Source: Candidatus Xenobia bacterium
GTDB lineage: Bacteria > Vulcanimicrobiota > Xenobia > Xenobiales > QWHO01
Direction of reading: 5' to 3'
Length of the DNA stretch: 64,000 nt
Assembly: GCA_045863235.1 (NCBI GenBank)
Contig: BTUM01000016.1
Span: 53,527-117,526, forward strand
The translations under genes were made by a program, and so were the position numbers. Shown piece after piece: positions 37,205-47,595 of this stretch; position 1 is the stretch's first letter; the number at the start of each line of letters is the position of its first letter. A model generated the notes under the pieces. It was given only the letters and a program-made list of their open reading frames with translations. It did no database searches and was not told where the DNA came from.

Positions 37205-38356
37205 ATGCTGCGACCCGTGTACGCCGCCTCGGCCAACCCGCTCTACGCGCTGCAATCTCGGCGCGAGAACGAGGTGGTGGCCTGGCGCGAGAAGTTTGAG
37301 GGCGACTCCTGCCGCCACCCCTCTGGCTCGGTGGTGGTGAGCGACGGCCAGCGCCTGATCAAGCTCTCCGAGACGGGCCATAGCGAGTGGAAGGTGGACA
37401 ACGGCAAGTGGACTCCTTTCCGCCCGGCCGCCTTGCCCAACGGCGGCGCGGTCTGGTCGCCCGGCGGGAAGGGCATCACTTTCTACACACCCGGGGGCGC
37501 GGTGCAGAAAGTTTGGGGGGGCGAGCACCAGACCCAGACCACCGTCCCCACCGTGGCCCCCGATGGCACCGCTTACGTCTGCCTGCGCACCGAGGACGGC
37601 TCGGTGCTGGCCGCCCTGCGAAGTGACCAGGACGAGCCTGTGTGGGTAGCCAGACTCCCCTTCTTCGGCTCCGGGCCGTGCCTGCCGGATGGGCAGGGCG
37701 GCGTGATCTTCCGCACCGACGACGACCGGGTGCTCTCCCTCGATAAGGACGGCCAGGAGCGCTGGTGCCAGAAGCTGCCCGTGCGGGTCGACGGCCAGCT
37801 GGCTCTGGGCCCGAAGGGCGAGATCTACATCGGCTCGGAGAAGGGCCAGGTCTACCGTCTGGCCCCCGAGGACGGCGCTGTCACCCCCTTCTTCAAAGCC
37901 CGCAAGGCGGTCAGGGCGGCGCCCACGGTGACCGAGGAGGGCCGGGTCTACCTCACCAGCTTCGACCACAACCTCTACGCCGTCAGCCCCGAGGGCAAGG
38001 AGTTGTGGCACCACGACTGCGAGGACCTGGTGGACAGCTCGCCGGCCGTGCTCGATGACGAGACCGTGGTGGTAGGCAGCAACGCTGGCAAGGTCTGGGG
38101 CCTGTCTCCCGAGGGCGAGGAGCGCTGGTCGCAGGAAGTCGATTTCTGGGTCGAGGGCGCCATCCTGAGCGACGGACGCACGGCCTACGTGGCCGGCAAG
38201 GACGAGGTGGTGGCTCTGCGCCCGGGTGGCATCGCGGCCGACCTGGACGACTTTGCGATCGCGCCCGCCAACCAGGTCGGCGAGCACGGGGGCAAGGTGG
38301 TGGTGGGCGGGGTGCGTCTGCCACGCTGCACCCGGCGTGGAACAGGCTGCGACTGA
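37205..38356 (+). CDS. PQQ-like beta-propeller protein with the shared C-terminal motif
   Basis: Start reassigned to ATG 37205; repeats PTVAPDGTAYV, IYIGSEKGQVY, VYLTSFDHNLYAV..G.E.W; tail VGEHGGKVVVGGVRLPRC. Confidence 0.8.
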   Translation: MLRPVYAASANPLYALQSRRENEVVAWREKFEGDSCRHPSGSVVVSDGQRLIKLSETGHSEWKVDNGKWTPFRPAALPNGGAVWSPGGKGITFYTPGGAVQKVWGGEHQTQTTVPTVAPDGTAYVCLRTEDGSVLAALRSDQDEPVWVARLPFFGSGPCLPDGQGGVIFRTDDDRVLSLDKDGQERWCQKLPVRVDGQLALGPKGEIYIGSEKGQVYRLAPEDGAVTPFFKARKAVRAAPTVTEEGRVYLTSFDHNLYAVSPEGKELWHHDCEDLVDSSPAVLDDETVVVGSNAGKVWGLSPEGEERWSQEVDFWVEGAILSDGRTAYVAGKDEVVALRPGGIAADLDDFAIAPANQVGEHGGKVVVGGVRLPRCTRRGTGCD

Positions 38357-38367
38357 TTCGCTGGGCG

Positions 38368-39813
38368 TCATCGTGGGCGGATGAGGGGTTCCAAAGCGGT
38401 GGTCTCGACCCACAATCGCTCCAACTCGCGGGGCTCGCGCTCGAGGTACGGGAAAGCTTGCAGCGTTCGCCGCGTGGCCTGGTGCTCGCGGGCCGCGGCC
38501 AGCTTGTCCCCTCGCTCCCACAGCGTGCGGATCAGCACATAGCGAGCCTCCAGCTTGAGGGGAGCTCTCGCAAGCACTTTGCGCAGCAGGCGCAGCTGCG
38601 CCTTCGGCTTTGCTCTCATGCGCAGAGCCAGCTGCCAGTAACCCTCGGCCGGCTGGGCCAGGGCTCGGATTGCCTGACGCGCCATCCGGTGGGCGAAAGG
38701 CGGGCAGTGCTCGGCCAGGAGCAACCAGGCTTTCCAGAGCACAAGCCGCTCGCGTTGGGTGGGATAGCGCTGCCAGCGGAGTCGGAACTGGTTGCCCACC
38801 CGGGGATAGAACTCGATAGGAACGAAGGCCTGATCTTCTTGCACGACCTCGGTCAGCAGCGTGACGGCCTCTTCGGGTTGGTGGCGGCGAAGATGCAGCT
38901 GGGCCAGGTTCAGGTAGGCCATCCTGCCCAGTCCGATAGCCTTCTCGAAGCACGCCCGGGCTTCGTCGCGCAGGGCACCCTGGCGCTCCTCATCGGGCTC
39001 GAAGTCGGCCCGGGTGGCCAGCAGGCAGCCCAGCAGGTTGGCTCGGCGCGGCGTGGTGGGCCGCAGGGCCGCACATGCTTTTTCCAGGTTCGTGCGCCGC
39101 TCGGAGCAATAGACCTGACGCTCCCACCAGCAAGGACTGACGCGTCGACTTCGGGCGGGGAGGTCTTGCAGCGCTTGCTCCCAGGCCTGGCGCCAGGTCT
39201 GGTTGCTCGATTGCCTCCTGGCCACCTCGGCCCGACGAGCCGGCTCATCGTGCAGAAACCTTGCCTCGATCCGGCTCAGGGGCAACGAGCCGCACGCCAG
39301 GGCCTGGGAGGTCAGCTCGGGATCGTGTGTCAGGGTGATGCGGGTGCGGCGCAGGAAGTCGGCCTTCTGGATCTCATCCAGACCGGCCTGAAACTGAGCG
39401 GTCGACAGCTCGGCCCCCTGGCAGAGCAAGCGCAGGTCGTCCGGGGGCGGCCCGGGGTGGCCGAAGTCGCGCTCGAACTGAGGCTCGTCCAGGGGGTAGT
39501 GCAGCTCCGAATCGTAGCCCGCCGGAACAGCCTTGATCGCATCCACGGGCAGGCTGCTGGCGACCCGGGCGCGCTCGCGGTCAGGGACGAAGAGGACCGT
39601 GGGACAGGGCACCCGGGGCAGATTGCGGGGAAGTTGCCCGAGCTGGGCGGGAAACAGCAGCATCAGATCGGGGTTGTCCAGGGGTTGCTCGAGCGGCCAG
39701 AGCTGGTGGCTCGCCAGAGCCTCGCGCGCCTGGCGGCCGAGCCGGGTGGGACCGGGATCACCCAGCCAGATGTGCAGGGGCCGAGGCTCGGGAACAGAAG
39801 CTTGGCTGGCCAT
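38368..39813 (-). CDS. Hypothetical protein with degenerate glycosyltransferase-like N-terminus and TPR-like C-terminus
   Basis: VPAGYDSELHYP, QALACGS and TW..AW resemble GT-B motifs; AYLNLAQL..A..LL is TPR-like. Start uncertain. Confidence 0.5.
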   Translation of the reverse strand: MASQASVPEPRPLHIWLGDPGPTRLGRQAREALASHQLWPLEQPLDNPDLMLLFPAQLGQLPRNLPRVPCPTVLFVPDRERARVASSLPVDAIKAVPAGYDSELHYPLDEPQFERDFGHPGPPPDDLRLLCQGAELSTAQFQAGLDEIQKADFLRRTRITLTHDPELTSQALACGSLPLSRIEARFLHDEPARRAEVARRQSSNQTWRQAWEQALQDLPARSRRVSPCWWERQVYCSERRTNLEKACAALRPTTPRRANLLGCLLATRADFEPDEERQGALRDEARACFEKAIGLGRMAYLNLAQLHLRRHQPEEAVTLLTEVVQEDQAFVPIEFYPRVGNQFRLRWQRYPTQRERLVLWKAWLLLAEHCPPFAHRMARQAIRALAQPAEGYWQLALRMRAKPKAQLRLLRKVLARAPLKLEARYVLIRTLWERGDKLAAAREHQATRRTLQAFPYLEREPRELERLWVETTALEPLIRPR

Positions 39814-40204
39814 GAGAAAGGTTCTTTCGCTTCTGCTGGTCTGGGCCTGCCTGGTGGGCACTCTGGCCGCCCAGCCCACCGACCAGGGCCCCGAGTCCTT
39901 TGTGGACTACTACCTGAAGGCCTGGTCCAGGGGCGACTTTCAGAGCACCTACGCCTGCCTGAGCAGCCGCATGAAGAAGGCGCTCAGCTTCGAGAAGCAC
40001 GTCAAGTCGTTGTCGTTCTCGGTACAGACCCCGGAGCAAAAGGAGAACCTGGCCGGCGCGGAGGTGCTCGAGGTTGCTCCGGTGCAGGGCAAGAACGGGG
40101 TGGATCCCATGCGCAAACGCGTACGCGTGCGCTACAAGGACGGCACCGAGGCGATGTTCATGCTGCTCTCCGAGAGCGGCCACTGGAAGCTGGACGGCCC
40201 CTGA
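39812..40204 (+). CDS. Secreted NTF2-like (DUF4878/DUF4864-type) small protein
   Basis: Signal peptide MRKVLSLLLVWACLVGTLAA; YLKAWSRGDFQSTYACLS..LLSESGHWKLD. Confidence 0.7.
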   Translation: MRKVLSLLLVWACLVGTLAAQPTDQGPESFVDYYLKAWSRGDFQSTYACLSSRMKKALSFEKHVKSLSFSVQTPEQKENLAGAEVLEVAPVQGKNGVDPMRKRVRVRYKDGTEAMFMLLSESGHWKLDGP

Positions 40205-40638
40205 AGTACGCCCGCCTCGAGTTGGAGCGGCGCTGGCTGGTTCCCTCGCCCCCGCCCGGGTGGACCCCGGAATCTCCTCACCGCGTGCTGGAAGACCGTT
40301 ATCTGGAAGGCACCCGGCTGCGCCTGCGCAAGTCGACTTGCTCTGCTTCCGGGGACGTCGTCTACAAGCTGGGTCAGAAACTGCCCTGCGGACCTGCCAC
40401 CCACCGGAAGTTGACCAACCTGTATCTCTCACAGGGGGAGCATCGTCTGCTGGCCAACCTCCCCGCCCGCGCTCTGTGCAAGCGACGCTACCGCATCGGG
40501 GAGCTGGTGCTGGACGTGCTCGAGTCGGGCCTGATGCTGGCCGAGGCCGAGTTCGCCTCGGAGGAAGAGATGGCTGACTTCGTTCCGCCTGTGTGGGTGG
40601 GCGAGGAAGTGAGCCTGATGCCTGAGTGGCCCCTATGA
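40201..40638 (+). CDS. CYTH-like domain protein
   Basis: KYARLELERRWLV, DRYLEGTRLRLRK, KRRY, LAEAEF; apparent CTG start overlapping the upstream TGA. Confidence 0.7.
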   Translation: MKYARLELERRWLVPSPPPGWTPESPHRVLEDRYLEGTRLRLRKSTCSASGDVVYKLGQKLPCGPATHRKLTNLYLSQGEHRLLANLPARALCKRRYRIGELVLDVLESGLMLAEAEFASEEEMADFVPPVWVGEEVSLMPEWPL

Positions 40639-41967
40639 GGGCCGGGCGGCCAGGGCTTTGCGGGCTTCCCCGGAGACGTAGCTGTTGCCCGACTCGACCA
40701 GCTCCTCCAGCTGCGGCACCAGAGGGGACCAGTCGTGCTCTTTGGCCTGCAAGGCAAGCTCGCTGGCGCAGGGCCCGGGATGGGCCCGCATCAGACGGCT
40801 CAGCTCCGCCCAGTCTTCCCTCGCTGTCCAGTACGCGGTCAGGGCGGCCGCGGCGTAGTCTCGCGCCAACTCATTCTTACCATTGAGCACCTGGCGCAGG
40901 CACTCGAGAGCCGGAGCCAGGTCGTGACCCGCCCGCGCAGCCGCGGCCAGGCGGGCGGAGAAGTCGCTGGACGTCCGGGGCCGGGTGGCCATGATGCCCA
41001 GGCTGGCGATCACCTCGGGCGCGACCGGGCCTCGATCCATTTCGTGCTTCAAGATCCATGAGGCGGCTCGCAGGTCAAGGCATTGACCGGCCTCGAGCAG
41101 AGTGCACAGCGGAGCCAGCACGAAGGGCAGAGCGGCCCCCTTGCGCGAGAGAGCCTCCAGCCCGCGCAGCAGGGGCAGCGACAGCTCACGGTCGTTCAAA
41201 CGAGCAGCCGCCTCCGGAGCCAGCTCGGCCACCGGCCGGCCTTCCCCGGCCAGGTAGGACCAGAGGCGAGCGGCCGGAGGGGTCCAGAGCTCACGGATGG
41301 CCTGCAGCGTCGCGGCCACCTCTCCGGTCCGCATCAGCAGAGCCACCGCCCGGTCAGCGGCGGGCCCCTTGAGGAGCTCGCGGGCCAGACCCGCAAAGGG
41401 GCTGAGGGCTTCCGGCGGCAGGCAGATGAGCAGCTCGCCCTGCTCGATGGGGCCGAGCCGGTCGAGCAGGGTCTGGAGCTTCTCCGGATTGCTCGCGTGG
41501 TGGTGGGCCAGCAGCGTCAGGGAGCGGGGGACGTCCAGGTTCTCCTCCAGCGGCTCGACGACTTCGGGGGCCAGCGGCTCGGTGAGGGCCAGCACCGCCT
41601 CGCGCCGAACGTGAGCCTGCGGATGGCGCAGCATCTCGGCCAGCTCCTCCCAGCGCGCCTGCTCGGCCAGGGCACCGCACACCCCCCAGGCGGCCTCGGT
41701 GCGCACGAAACGGTCCGGGTGCTCGAGCCGGGTGGGATCGCTCGCGGGACGCAGGCGCTCGAGTCGGTACTCCTCGTCGAGCGTCATGTCGTCGTACTCG
41801 CGGGTATAGCTGTAGAGGTAGCGGTTGCCGCACTCAGGACAGGTTGCCGATGCCGACTCGGCCTCGGGATCGATCCCCAGCCGTTTCAGCTCAGGCGGGA
41901 CGGAGCTCACGTGGGAGACGTGGACCACCCGCTCGAGCTTGCTGCAGATCGAGCAAGGCTCAGCCAC
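40633..41967 (-). CDS. Hypothetical protein with N-terminal Zn-ribbon and HEAT-like repeats
   Basis: CSIC..CPECG; LEHPDRFVRTEAAW, LRHPQAHVRREAV, YVSGEARKAL. Confidence 0.65.
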   Translation of the reverse strand: MAEPCSICSKLERVVHVSHVSSVPPELKRLGIDPEAESASATCPECGNRYLYSYTREYDDMTLDEEYRLERLRPASDPTRLEHPDRFVRTEAAWGVCGALAEQARWEELAEMLRHPQAHVRREAVLALTEPLAPEVVEPLEENLDVPRSLTLLAHHHASNPEKLQTLLDRLGPIEQGELLICLPPEALSPFAGLARELLKGPAADRAVALLMRTGEVAATLQAIRELWTPPAARLWSYLAGEGRPVAELAPEAAARLNDRELSLPLLRGLEALSRKGAALPFVLAPLCTLLEAGQCLDLRAASWILKHEMDRGPVAPEVIASLGIMATRPRTSSDFSARLAAAARAGHDLAPALECLRQVLNGKNELARDYAAAALTAYWTAREDWAELSRLMRAHPGPCASELALQAKEHDWSPLVPQLEELVESGNSYVSGEARKALAARPS

Positions 41968-42673
41968 GGATGTTCTGGCGCAGGTGCTCGACGCGCTCGG
42001 CGGGAGGCCCGTGGGCGTCGTCTTCCTCGTCCCAACTGCTCAGGACCTGCAGGGCGGCCTCGGCCGGATAGCCAGCCTGGCCCATCAGCTCCACCGCCCG
42101 GCGGTCGGCGGAGTATTCCTCGGCGCGCTGCAGCTTGACCCACTCCTGCTCGAGCCGGACGGTATCCTCGCCCGCGCTGCGTAGCAGCGAGACGAGCGTT
42201 TTCTGGCCCCGCTGCACCACCTGCGCCCGGTTCTCGAGGTGGGCCATCTCGTGAGCCAGGATGAAGGCCAGCTGGGCCTCCATCGGAAAGGCCTGCAGAA
42301 TACCCCGGGTGGCGTAGATGTAGCCCCCGTAGATCGATTGAGCCTGCTGCTCCTCGCTCTCCACCACCGAAAAACGCCAGTCCAGCGGGCGGTTGGCATG
42401 CCGGGAGAGCTTTTCCCCCACCGCCTCCAGCCGGCCATCGGGACGCTCGGCCAGGGCAAAGCCGTTCTCGTAGCGCTGGTGCACTTGCGCCCCCATACGC
42501 GCCTCACTGGCCGGGTCGATCTGCTCGCTGGCGATCTCCCCGGCCAGGACCAGAGCCTCACGCGGCTCGAGCGCGAGCCCGGCCAGTGCTGGACCGCAGT
42601 CCTCCAGTTCTTTGATCTCGGCTTTGCGGTTGCAGCGCTCGAGCATGGCCCGGGTAAAGCGGATGGCGTCCAT
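41960..42673 (-). CDS. M48-family metallopeptidase without signal peptide
   Basis: GGYIYATRG, LAFILAHEMAH, EYSAD..A..LM..AGY, HGPPAERV. Confidence 0.8.
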   Translation of the reverse strand: MDAIRFTRAMLERCNRKAEIKELEDCGPALAGLALEPREALVLAGEIASEQIDPASEARMGAQVHQRYENGFALAERPDGRLEAVGEKLSRHANRPLDWRFSVVESEEQQAQSIYGGYIYATRGILQAFPMEAQLAFILAHEMAHLENRAQVVQRGQKTLVSLLRSAGEDTVRLEQEWVKLQRAEEYSADRRAVELMGQAGYPAEAALQVLSSWDEEDDAHGPPAERVEHLRQNIRG

Positions 42674-42682
42674 ACCCTGTGG

Positions 42683-42715
42683 TGGATATCAGCTCAAGCT
42701 GAAAGAAAGCTGAAA
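42683..42715 (-). promoter_or_regulatory. TTTCAG-N5-TTTCAG promoter element, copy 6
   Basis: TTTCAG ctttc TTTCAG, N10, TATCCA, N9, ATG 42673; fills almost the whole intergenic gap. Confidence 0.7.
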
Positions 42716-42717
42716 GC

Positions 42718-44136
42718 TCACCAATCGGTAGGCATGTAGTCCTTGAGGAACTTGCCCCACACGTGCTCGCCGGTGTTGAAGCCCGCGATGATGGGGTCCA
42801 CGATGCGGGCCGCGCCGTCCACGATGTCGAGCGGAGGGTGGAAGCGGTGCTCTGAGCGCTTGCGCTCGGTGATCTCGTGCGGGTCCTCGTCGGTCACCCA
42901 GCCCGTGTCCACGCTGTTCATGTGGATGCCATCCTGCACGTAGTCGGCGGCGGCCGTGCGGGTCATCATGTTGAGCGCGGCCTTGGCCATGTTGGTGTGG
43001 GGATGGCGCGTGGTCTTGAAGGTCTTGTAGAACTGCCCCTCCACCGCGGACACGTTGACGATGTGCTTGTCTTTCTCGGGAGTGCGCAGCATCAGCGGCT
43101 TGAGGCGGGCGTTGAAGACGAAGGGGGCCACGGCGTTGACCAGTTGCACCTCCAGCAGCTCCACGGTGGGCACCTCGGCCAGCAGGAGCCTCCAGGAATT
43201 GCGGCCACGCAGGTCCACCTGCTGGCGGTCCTGGTCGAGCAGGCCCTCCGGGAAGAGGTGCTTCTGGCCCTGCAGATCCTCAGGCAAGAGCTGTAGCTGG
43301 GTCAGCTCGGGCGCGCTGTGGGGCGTGTCCCCCACCAGGCGGCGCAGCTTCTCGGGGGCCGCCCGCTCGGTCTCGAGCATGTGGGCGTAGAACTCGGGGG
43401 GACGGCGCACCGTCTGGCAGGCGTTGTTGATGATGAAGTCCAGCCGGGGGAGCGTCTCGAGCAGGTGGCGGCAGAGGGCTTCCACGCTGGGCGTGTGGCG
43501 CAGGTCCAGGCCGTGGATCTCGAGCCGATCCTCCCACTCGGCAAAGTCCTGCTCTTCGGCGTAGCGCGCGGCGCAGTCGCGCGGGAAGCGGGTGGTCACG
43601 ATCAACCGCGCGCCCGAGCGCAGCAGCTTGATGCCCGCCTGGTAGCCGATCTTCACCCGCCCACCGGTCAACAGAGCCACCCGACCCCGCAGGTCGGCCA
43701 GCTCTCCGCGCTTGCGGTAATTCAACTCGGCACACTCGGGGCAGAGCTGATCGTAGAAGTGGTGGAGCAGGTCGTAGTCCTTCTTGCAGACATAGCAGTT
43801 ACGGCCCTCGCGAGCCTGAAGAATGGGCCCCTCCTCGGGCGGCGGAAAGACGTTGGGAGTGGTGAACACCGGGCGGCGTCGCAGCGTGCGAATACCCGTG
43901 GAGTCGAGCAGCTCGTCCTGGGCCTGTCGCTTCTCGGCCAACCGCTGACGGCGAGCGGCCTTGCGGCGCTCGCGTCGGGTATCGCGGTCGGGACAGTGCA
44001 GGCGGGCGATCGCCTGCTTGAGGCGCTGCCAATCTTCCTCGGGCACGCGGCTGGAGAGCAGCCCGTTGCCGGCAAACGCCTCCAGCAGCTCGCATGCAGA
44101 GCGGACGCGCTGGAGCAGGTCTTCTTCGGGTTCCAA
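42718..44136 (-). CDS. SDR-family oxidoreductase with N-terminal CxxC..CxxC module
   Basis: [47 protein letters not shown]. Confidence 0.85.
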   Translation of the reverse strand: MEPEEDLLQRVRSACELLEAFAGNGLLSSRVPEEDWQRLKQAIARLHCPDRDTRRERRKAARRQRLAEKRQAQDELLDSTGIRTLRRRPVFTTPNVFPPPEEGPILQAREGRNCYVCKKDYDLLHHFYDQLCPECAELNYRKRGELADLRGRVALLTGGRVKIGYQAGIKLLRSGARLIVTTRFPRDCAARYAEEQDFAEWEDRLEIHGLDLRHTPSVEALCRHLLETLPRLDFIINNACQTVRRPPEFYAHMLETERAAPEKLRRLVGDTPHSAPELTQLQLLPEDLQGQKHLFPEGLLDQDRQQVDLRGRNSWRLLLAEVPTVELLEVQLVNAVAPFVFNARLKPLMLRTPEKDKHIVNVSAVEGQFYKTFKTTRHPHTNMAKAALNMMTRTAAADYVQDGIHMNSVDTGWVTDEDPHEITERKRSEHRFHPPLDIVDGAARIVDPIIAGFNTGEHVWGKFLKDYMPTDW

Positions 44137-44229
44137 AACGCCAGGCTCTTCGACCCTTGACAGAGGGGTCCCGCTGGGCTGAGCGCACGGGCTCGCACTC
44201 TGGCTTTGCCCAACCTGACGAACGGCGCC

Positions 44230-44263
44230 AAAAAAAACAAAAAGCCCCCTCCTGCGAGGGGGC
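44230..44263 (-). terminator. Intrinsic terminator
   Basis: On the minus strand GCCCCCTC-GCAG-GAGGGGGC then TTTTTGTTTTTTTT. Confidence 0.85.
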
Positions 44264-44278
44264 GCACGAGCCTGGTGA

Positions 44279-45316
44279 CTACGGGGTCGTGGCCACCTTG
44301 CCGCTGGTCAAGGTATCCAGCATCAGCTGCTTGAGACCGATGACCGCCGCTTTCACCGTGAGCGTGTTGCCCGAAGGCGTGATCGAGACGTCCACGACCT
44401 TGGTGGCGTCCAGGCTCGCCTTGCCCTCTTCGAACATGGCCGCGGCATCGGCCACGGCCGAGGGGTCCATGGTCAGCACGGCCGTGAACTCGGCGCGGTC
44501 ATCGCTGACGATGTCGATCTGCCAGACGCCGCTCTGAGTGGCGGCCACCGCCTTCTCGAGGCGGTCCGAGCCGACCTTGTCGCGCACCTTCTGGATGTGC
44601 TCGTTGTTCATCGACTTGAGCAGAGCCGAGAAGGCGCCCTTCTGGTTGATCAGCACGCCATAGGCGTCGGAGGTCTTGGGCAGGGCCTGGTAGGCGGTCA
44701 GCAGCGGACCGGCCTGCGGGGTGGGGTTGGTGTTCTCCTTGGGCATCAGGCGATCCACAATCGCCTTGGCTGTGTCGGCCGTGGGGGCGAAGACGAACGA
44801 GCCGTTGACCCGGCACAGATTGCCGGGACTGGTGGGATCGTTGGCCGTGGGGCGCGAGATGAGGTCGGTGCGCCGGTAGGTCACGGCCGGATAGGCCTTG
44901 CCATCGGCGCTGGCGGTCAGGCCGTTGTATATCTGCACCTGCAGCCCGCGCCACCCCGACAGGGTCGAGACGTAGAGGGGGGAGGTCTGGCCCGAGGGCA
45001 GCATGCGGTCGACCCGCACGGCCTGATAAGGCAGACCAGCGATCAGCAGGTCGGCGCGGTTGTTGCGAGAGAGGTAATCGCCCGCCTCGGCCATTTCGGG
45101 CGGCAGCTTGGCTTCTCCCGTGGCGATGCTGTTCAGGGCGTCCTTGAGCAGGTTCTGAATGGGCACATCGTCGGGGCGGAGCTGGATGACGGCGATCGAG
45201 AAGCTGTCTGACTCCAGGAGGAGCTGGGGGTCGGGAATGGGATTCCGGGACGCCGGCTCGGCCGCGAAAGCGACCCACGTCAGCGTCACGAGGATCAAGA
45301 GTAAACGTGCAATCAT
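44279..45316 (-). CDS. Secreted hypothetical protein
   Basis: Signal peptide ending VAFA; TATAGT 6 nt before the ATG. Confidence 0.7.
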   Translation of the reverse strand: MIARLLLILVTLTWVAFAAEPASRNPIPDPQLLLESDSFSIAVIQLRPDDVPIQNLLKDALNSIATGEAKLPPEMAEAGDYLSRNNRADLLIAGLPYQAVRVDRMLPSGQTSPLYVSTLSGWRGLQVQIYNGLTASADGKAYPAVTYRRTDLISRPTANDPTSPGNLCRVNGSFVFAPTADTAKAIVDRLMPKENTNPTPQAGPLLTAYQALPKTSDAYGVLINQKGAFSALLKSMNNEHIQKVRDKVGSDRLEKAVAATQSGVWQIDIVSDDRAEFTAVLTMDPSAVADAAAMFEEGKASLDATKVVDVSITPSGNTLTVKAAVIGLKQLMLDTLTSGKVATTP

Positions 45317-45351
45317 CGCAATACTATAGTCCCTCTCTCAGGTTGGGTCAA

Positions 45352-47595
45352 TCAGGGGTCGAGCCGCCCCTGGAAAAGCAACTCGGCTGGAGTCGCGGTG
45401 CCTTTGAGGGCGGTGGGCACCAGGGCGGCCCGCGGGCTGAGAGCCGGGATGGCCAGCTTCTCGGTGACCTCGAGCTCCCAGTTGCGGTCCTGCAGGGTGG
45501 ACAAAAGCTCGTCCTTGATCTTCTTCTGCTCGTCGGCCGGCATTTCCGTGATCCGGGTGGAGAGGAAGTCCATCTGGTCAACCTTCAGCTTGGCGGTCAC
45601 CTTGAACGGCTCGCCACCTCCCGCCAGGAGCGCCGAGCCCTTGAGACGCACCCCCGGCTCGACGCCGCTGAAGATACCGTATCTCCAGTGCACGTTGATG
45701 ACGCAGGTGTTGATCAGCACGGTCCCCGCCGAATAGGCCAGGTCGAGCTCAGGGATCTCGACCTGGACCAGCTTGACGCCGCCCTGATCCTGCAGGTCCT
45801 CGGGGATGTCGCGCAAGATGGGCAGCAGCTCGGGGATCTTCTTCTTCAGAGCGGCATTGATGGTCTCGTCGGTCAGCGCCACGGCGAACTCGCCCGGATT
45901 CTGAATGCGCGACAGCAGGACGTTGGCCGCGGTGGTGGGGCCGGCCGCCGGGGCGGCCAGGGCCAGAAGCCCGAGTCGACGGTCCTGGGCAGGAGCCGTG
46001 AAGAGCTGCATCTGGTCGATCTGGGTGCCATCCAGGATGCCAGCCTTGGTCAGCTTGTCGCGGAAGTCTTGAGGCAGGGCCACGCTGCTGCCCTGGATGT
46101 ACTCGTTGCCCATGATCTTCTCCAGCGTGGCCATCCAGTTGGAGGGCGCCACGGCGTGGACCGGGTACGTGGCCCGCAGCACCAGGCTGCCCGGCACGGG
46201 CTTGATCTGGAAATTGTCCTTGACCAGCGCAACCTGGGCCACAGCCTCGAAGTCACCCTGCAGGACGGTCAGGCCGCTGTGTGCCAGGCTGGCCTGGCCG
46301 CACAGGCGCACCTGGCCGGGCTGGCAGCCTTGCATGGTGACCCCGATCTGATCCACCTTGAAACTGATGTCCCGGCTCGAGCCGCTGAACTTGTCCGGGT
46401 GACTGTCGAGATACTCGTCGGCCGCGTGCTGCAAGAACTCCTCTGAGGCCTGGAGCAGCGCGCTCATCTGGAAGGGCGCCTGGGGAGCCTCCCAGGGGAA
46501 GAACTTGAGGTCGGAGAGAGTGGTCTTGTCCCCGAACACCATGCAGGTTCCCTCGACCAGGAACGGCGCACTGGCGTACTTGGCAAACTCAGCCTGACCG
46601 TTGCCGCTGAAGTCGAGCTCGGCGGTGATGGTCTGTCCCCGGCCGAGATCGAGCTCCACGGTGGGAGGCGAGGTGCTGACCACTCGAGCCGGCAACCGCC
46701 CGCGCCAGATGGTGCCTCCACCGCTCAGGGCCATCACCGGAGGGGGGCCCAGCAGCTTGGTATCCGCGACCTTGAGCACATCGCCTTCGTAGCTGCCAAG
46801 GATGCGCACCGGGTAACCGGACTCGTTGGAGACCGCGGCCAGCACGGCGGGGTTACCGCCCTCCACGCGATAGCGGTGAGGAAGGCGATCGACGAAGATG
46901 TAGCTGGGATCGGTCTCGGCATAGATGTCACCCAGGCTGGTGCGCTTGAGGTAGACCAGGCGTCGCTCGATCGCGGAGGTGCTGGGCGCCTCGGCGACCG
47001 GAGTCAGGACTCCGGCGCTGGTGGAAGGCTTGGCCAGGTCCAGGAAGGGCTGCAGAAACTTGCGCTGGGAATCGATCAGGCTGGCGCTGAGGTCGTTGGA
47101 GGCCTGATAGGCCGCCTGCCCTTCCGGCGTGTTGGCGGCCTGGGCCAGGATGTCCTTGAGCCGCTCGACCTGCTGGGCCGAGGGCGGTAGCTCGAGCAAA
47201 ACGTCAAACTGGTCCGAGCCCAGGATGTCCTCGAACCGGGGCTGGATCTTACGGCGAAACTCTTTCCAGGCCTCGTCGGTCAGCTCGCCCTCGGGCATGT
47301 TGTCCTGGGCGACCTTGATCAGGTCCATCGCCTGGCTGGGGCTGATGCGCAAGCTCTGGATGGCCTGCTCTTGCTCGGGCGTGGCCACTTCGAGCAAGCG
47401 ATCCACCACCCCGTAGCGCTCTTCCACGATCTGTAACCGCGTGCCGTAGCGTAAGAGGAGATCGCTCTGCTTAGAAAGTTGTGACCGGGTCAGTGCCGGA
47501 GAAGCAGAGGGAGATTGAGTGCTCGTGTCCTGAGCGCGCGTGGTGCCCACCGAGCAGAGCAAAATAAGGAGAAGAAGGCAGAGTTTCCGAAGCAT
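45352..47595 (-). CDS. Large secreted hypothetical protein with two similar C-terminal beta-rich domains
   Basis: Signal peptide ending TRA; ASEEFLQHAA and LTDETINAAL helices each followed by long beta strands. Confidence 0.7.
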   Translation of the reverse strand: MLRKLCLLLLILLCSVGTTRAQDTSTQSPSASPALTRSQLSKQSDLLLRYGTRLQIVEERYGVVDRLLEVATPEQEQAIQSLRISPSQAMDLIKVAQDNMPEGELTDEAWKEFRRKIQPRFEDILGSDQFDVLLELPPSAQQVERLKDILAQAANTPEGQAAYQASNDLSASLIDSQRKFLQPFLDLAKPSTSAGVLTPVAEAPSTSAIERRLVYLKRTSLGDIYAETDPSYIFVDRLPHRYRVEGGNPAVLAAVSNESGYPVRILGSYEGDVLKVADTKLLGPPPVMALSGGGTIWRGRLPARVVSTSPPTVELDLGRGQTITAELDFSGNGQAEFAKYASAPFLVEGTCMVFGDKTTLSDLKFFPWEAPQAPFQMSALLQASEEFLQHAADEYLDSHPDKFSGSSRDISFKVDQIGVTMQGCQPGQVRLCGQASLAHSGLTVLQGDFEAVAQVALVKDNFQIKPVPGSLVLRATYPVHAVAPSNWMATLEKIMGNEYIQGSSVALPQDFRDKLTKAGILDGTQIDQMQLFTAPAQDRRLGLLALAAPAAGPTTAANVLLSRIQNPGEFAVALTDETINAALKKKIPELLPILRDIPEDLQDQGGVKLVQVEIPELDLAYSAGTVLINTCVINVHWRYGIFSGVEPGVRLKGSALLAGGGEPFKVTAKLKVDQMDFLSTRITEMPADEQKKIKDELLSTLQDRNWELEVTEKLAIPALSPRAALVPTALKGTATPAELLFQGRLDP

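Noticed and set aside
38458..40200. 726-aa ORF, and other long shadow ORFs such as 12044..13648, 25976..27490, 51428..53239, 51691..53691 and 56415..58214
   Set aside because: Typical high-GC antisense or alternate-frame ORFs overlapping genes with clear motifs; only the C-terminal parts encoding CYTH, DUF2917 and MsrB were kept.
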